A DNA stretch of 64,000 nucleotides. Origin: Gemmatimonadales bacterium (GTDB lineage Bacteria > Gemmatimonadota > Gemmatimonadetes > Gemmatimonadales > GWC2-71-9). The translations under genes were made by a program, and so were the position numbers. Positions 62,745-64,000 of this stretch are shown piece by piece. Numbering within the stretch: the first letter of the stretch is position 1; every line of letters begins with the position of its first letter. The stretch spans positions 4,684 to 68,683 of the forward strand of contig JBIOXD010000005.1 in assembly GCA_044869265.1 (NCBI GenBank). Direction: 5' to 3'. The notes beneath the pieces were generated by a model. That model ran no database searches and was not told the origin of the DNA. It saw nothing but the letters and a program-made list of their open reading frames with translations.

Positions 62745-64000
62745 TGACGGGTTCGAAGTACTATCTCACCACGGCGATCGACTACTCCAATGGCGATCCG
62801 CATCTGGGACACGCGCTCGAGAAGGTCGGCGCGGACTGCATCGCCCGCTATCGGCGCCTGTGCGGCGATGAGGTGCAGTTCCTCATGGGGATGGATGAGC
62901 ACAGTCAGTCCGTCATCCAAGCGGCCGCGCGCGCGCGCGTCAGCCCGCGCGAATGGGTCGATCGCATGGCACAGACGTTCGCCGACTACTGGCGCCGGCT
63001 CGAATGCAGCAACGACGACTGGATTCGCACCACCGAGCCGCGTCACGGGCGCGGCGTGGTGGCACTCCTCGAGCGTATCCAGCAGCGCCGGCCCGACGAT
63101 CTCTACGTCGCCGACTACGAAGGGCTGTACTGCACCGGCTGCGAGGAATTCAAGCAGCCGGCGCAGATAGCCGACGGCCGTTGCATCGAGCATCCCACCC
63201 TCGAGCTGATACAAACCAGGGAACGGAATCACTTCTTCCGGCTCAGCGCCTACGGCCGGCAGCTGCTCCAGCTCATCGAGAGCAACGAATTCCGTGTCGA
63301 ACCCGCGATCCGGCGGAACGAGGTCGTGCGGCTGATCGAGGATGGATTGCAGGACGTTTCTATTTCGCGCCAGCGGCAGCAGTGGGGTATTCCCTTCCCC
63401 GGCGATCCCGAGCAGACGGTCTACGTCTGGTTCGACGCACTCATCAATTACCTCTCGGCGACCGGCTTCCCCGAGCCCGGCTATGAGCGCCTCTGGCCGG
63501 CGGACCTGCATGTCGTCGGCAAAGGCATCACGCGCTTCCATTGTGTGATCTGGCCGGCCATGCTGCTCGCCGCGGGGCTCGAGCTCCCGACGCTCGTCTG
63601 GGCTCACGGCTACGTGCAGTGGGAAGGCGCGAAGATGAGCAAGACGGCCGGCACCGCGGTGAGCCTGGGCGCCGCGATCGAGCGCTACGGCGCCGATGCG
63701 CTCCGCTACTTCCTGCTACGTGAAGTCGGATTCGAAAACGACGGCAATTTCAGCTGGGACCGCTTTGATGCGCGCTACACCGCCGATCTCGCCGACACAT
63801 TTGGCAATCTCATGTCGCGATCGCTCTCCATGATCCACCGGTACCGTGGGGGCATCGTCCCTGATGACAATGCAGCCGATTCGTCACTCGAACGCGCCGG
63901 GCAGGAGACGGTCCGTTCCTATGCGGCAGCAATGGACGCCTTGGACCTGCAACAAGGGGCCGCGCTGATAATCGAGCTTGCCTCTCGCGCGAATCGGTAC
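62744..64000 (+). CDS. metG: Methionyl-tRNA synthetase; N-terminal part only, because the ORF runs off the right edge and is absent from the ORF track
   Basis: Hand translation from GTG at 62744 (TAGTG overlap) gives VTGSKYYLTTAIDYSNGDPHLGHALEKV (HIGH-type motif) and KMSKTAG (KMSKS motif). Confidence 0.9.
   Translation, partial: MTGSKYYLTTAIDYSNGDPHLGHALEKVGADCIARYRRLCGDEVQFLMGMDEHSQSVIQAAARARVSPREWVDRMAQTFADYWRRLECSNDDWIRTTEPRHGRGVVALLERIQQRRPDDLYVADYEGLYCTGCEEFKQPAQIADGRCIEHPTLELIQTRERNHFFRLSAYGRQLLQLIESNEFRVEPAIRRNEVVRLIEDGLQDVSISRQRQQWGIPFPGDPEQTVYVWFDALINYLSATGFPEPGYERLWPADLHVVGKGITRFHCVIWPAMLLAAGLELPTLVWAHGYVQWEGAKMSKTAGTAVSLGAAIERYGADALRYFLLREVGFENDGNFSWDRFDARYTADLADTFGNLMSRSLSMIHRYRGGIVPDDNAADSSLERAGQETVRSYAAAMDALDLQQGAALIIELASRANRY

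Noticed and set aside
1-64000. Genomic island, prophage or mobile element signatures
   Set aside because: I found no integrase, transposase, recombinase, tRNA target, phage structural or conjugation genes. GC looks uniform apart from the ~250-nt low-GC patch at 51930-52135, which is already explained as the IVS-like remnant.

Overview
High-GC (roughly two-thirds G+C by eye), densely coding bacterial chromosomal segment. It looks like core genome rather than an island. I see no rRNA, tRNA, CRISPR array, transposase, integrase or phage gene. The phylum cannot be established from sequence alone. I call about 60 CDS from the ORF track plus hand translation of the two edge-truncated genes. All hand-placed starts and repeat coordinates were counted manually and may be off by a few nt. 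(1) 1-7075, minus strand: a tightly coupled six-gene operon of tandem DUF2283-like protein, O-methyltransferase, NurA-like nuclease, HerA-like ATPase, Mre11/SbcD and Rad50/SbcC. This is the most system-like cluster in the window. (2) 7.1-13.2 kb: peptidases, an aminotransferase, HU, tdk and a catalytically degenerate DEAD-box/DbpA-domain protein. (3) Lipoate and 2-oxoacid metabolism at two sites: coaE-gcvH-gcvP-lplA-like (13.3-18.4 kb) and lipA-pdhA-pdhB-E2-lpdA-membrane protein-lipB (40.5-47.4 kb). (4) 18.4-25.4 kb: a five-gene Opp/Dpp-type peptide ABC transporter and a POT peptide symporter. (5) 27.7-38.1 kb: a same-strand run of lipoprotein, TonB-dependent receptor, lipoprotein, C26 amidotransferase, SCP2 protein, hybrid histidine kinase, GT4, a GT2-DUF3108 fusion, an unknown Rossmann-like protein and an NTF2-like lipoprotein. 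(6) 47.4-64 kb: housekeeping genes (gdh, dnaE, accA, PSP1/RicT-like, metG) and a gluzincin lipoprotein, PorV-like barrel and aminopeptidase operon. The least conventional signal is not a gene cluster. It is a dispersed family of short tandem heptamer/octamer arrays, usually arranged as inverted arms that can fold into long hairpins. They sit at gene junctions and also in frame inside conserved genes (PSP1, lipB, dnaE, oppF-like). One locus has such arms flanking a low-GC segment that carries a frameshifted four-helix-bundle (23S rRNA IVS-type) gene remnant. A second family of CTT(A/T)AG-centred palindromic modules recurs in intergenic spacers, with compensatory changes between copies.
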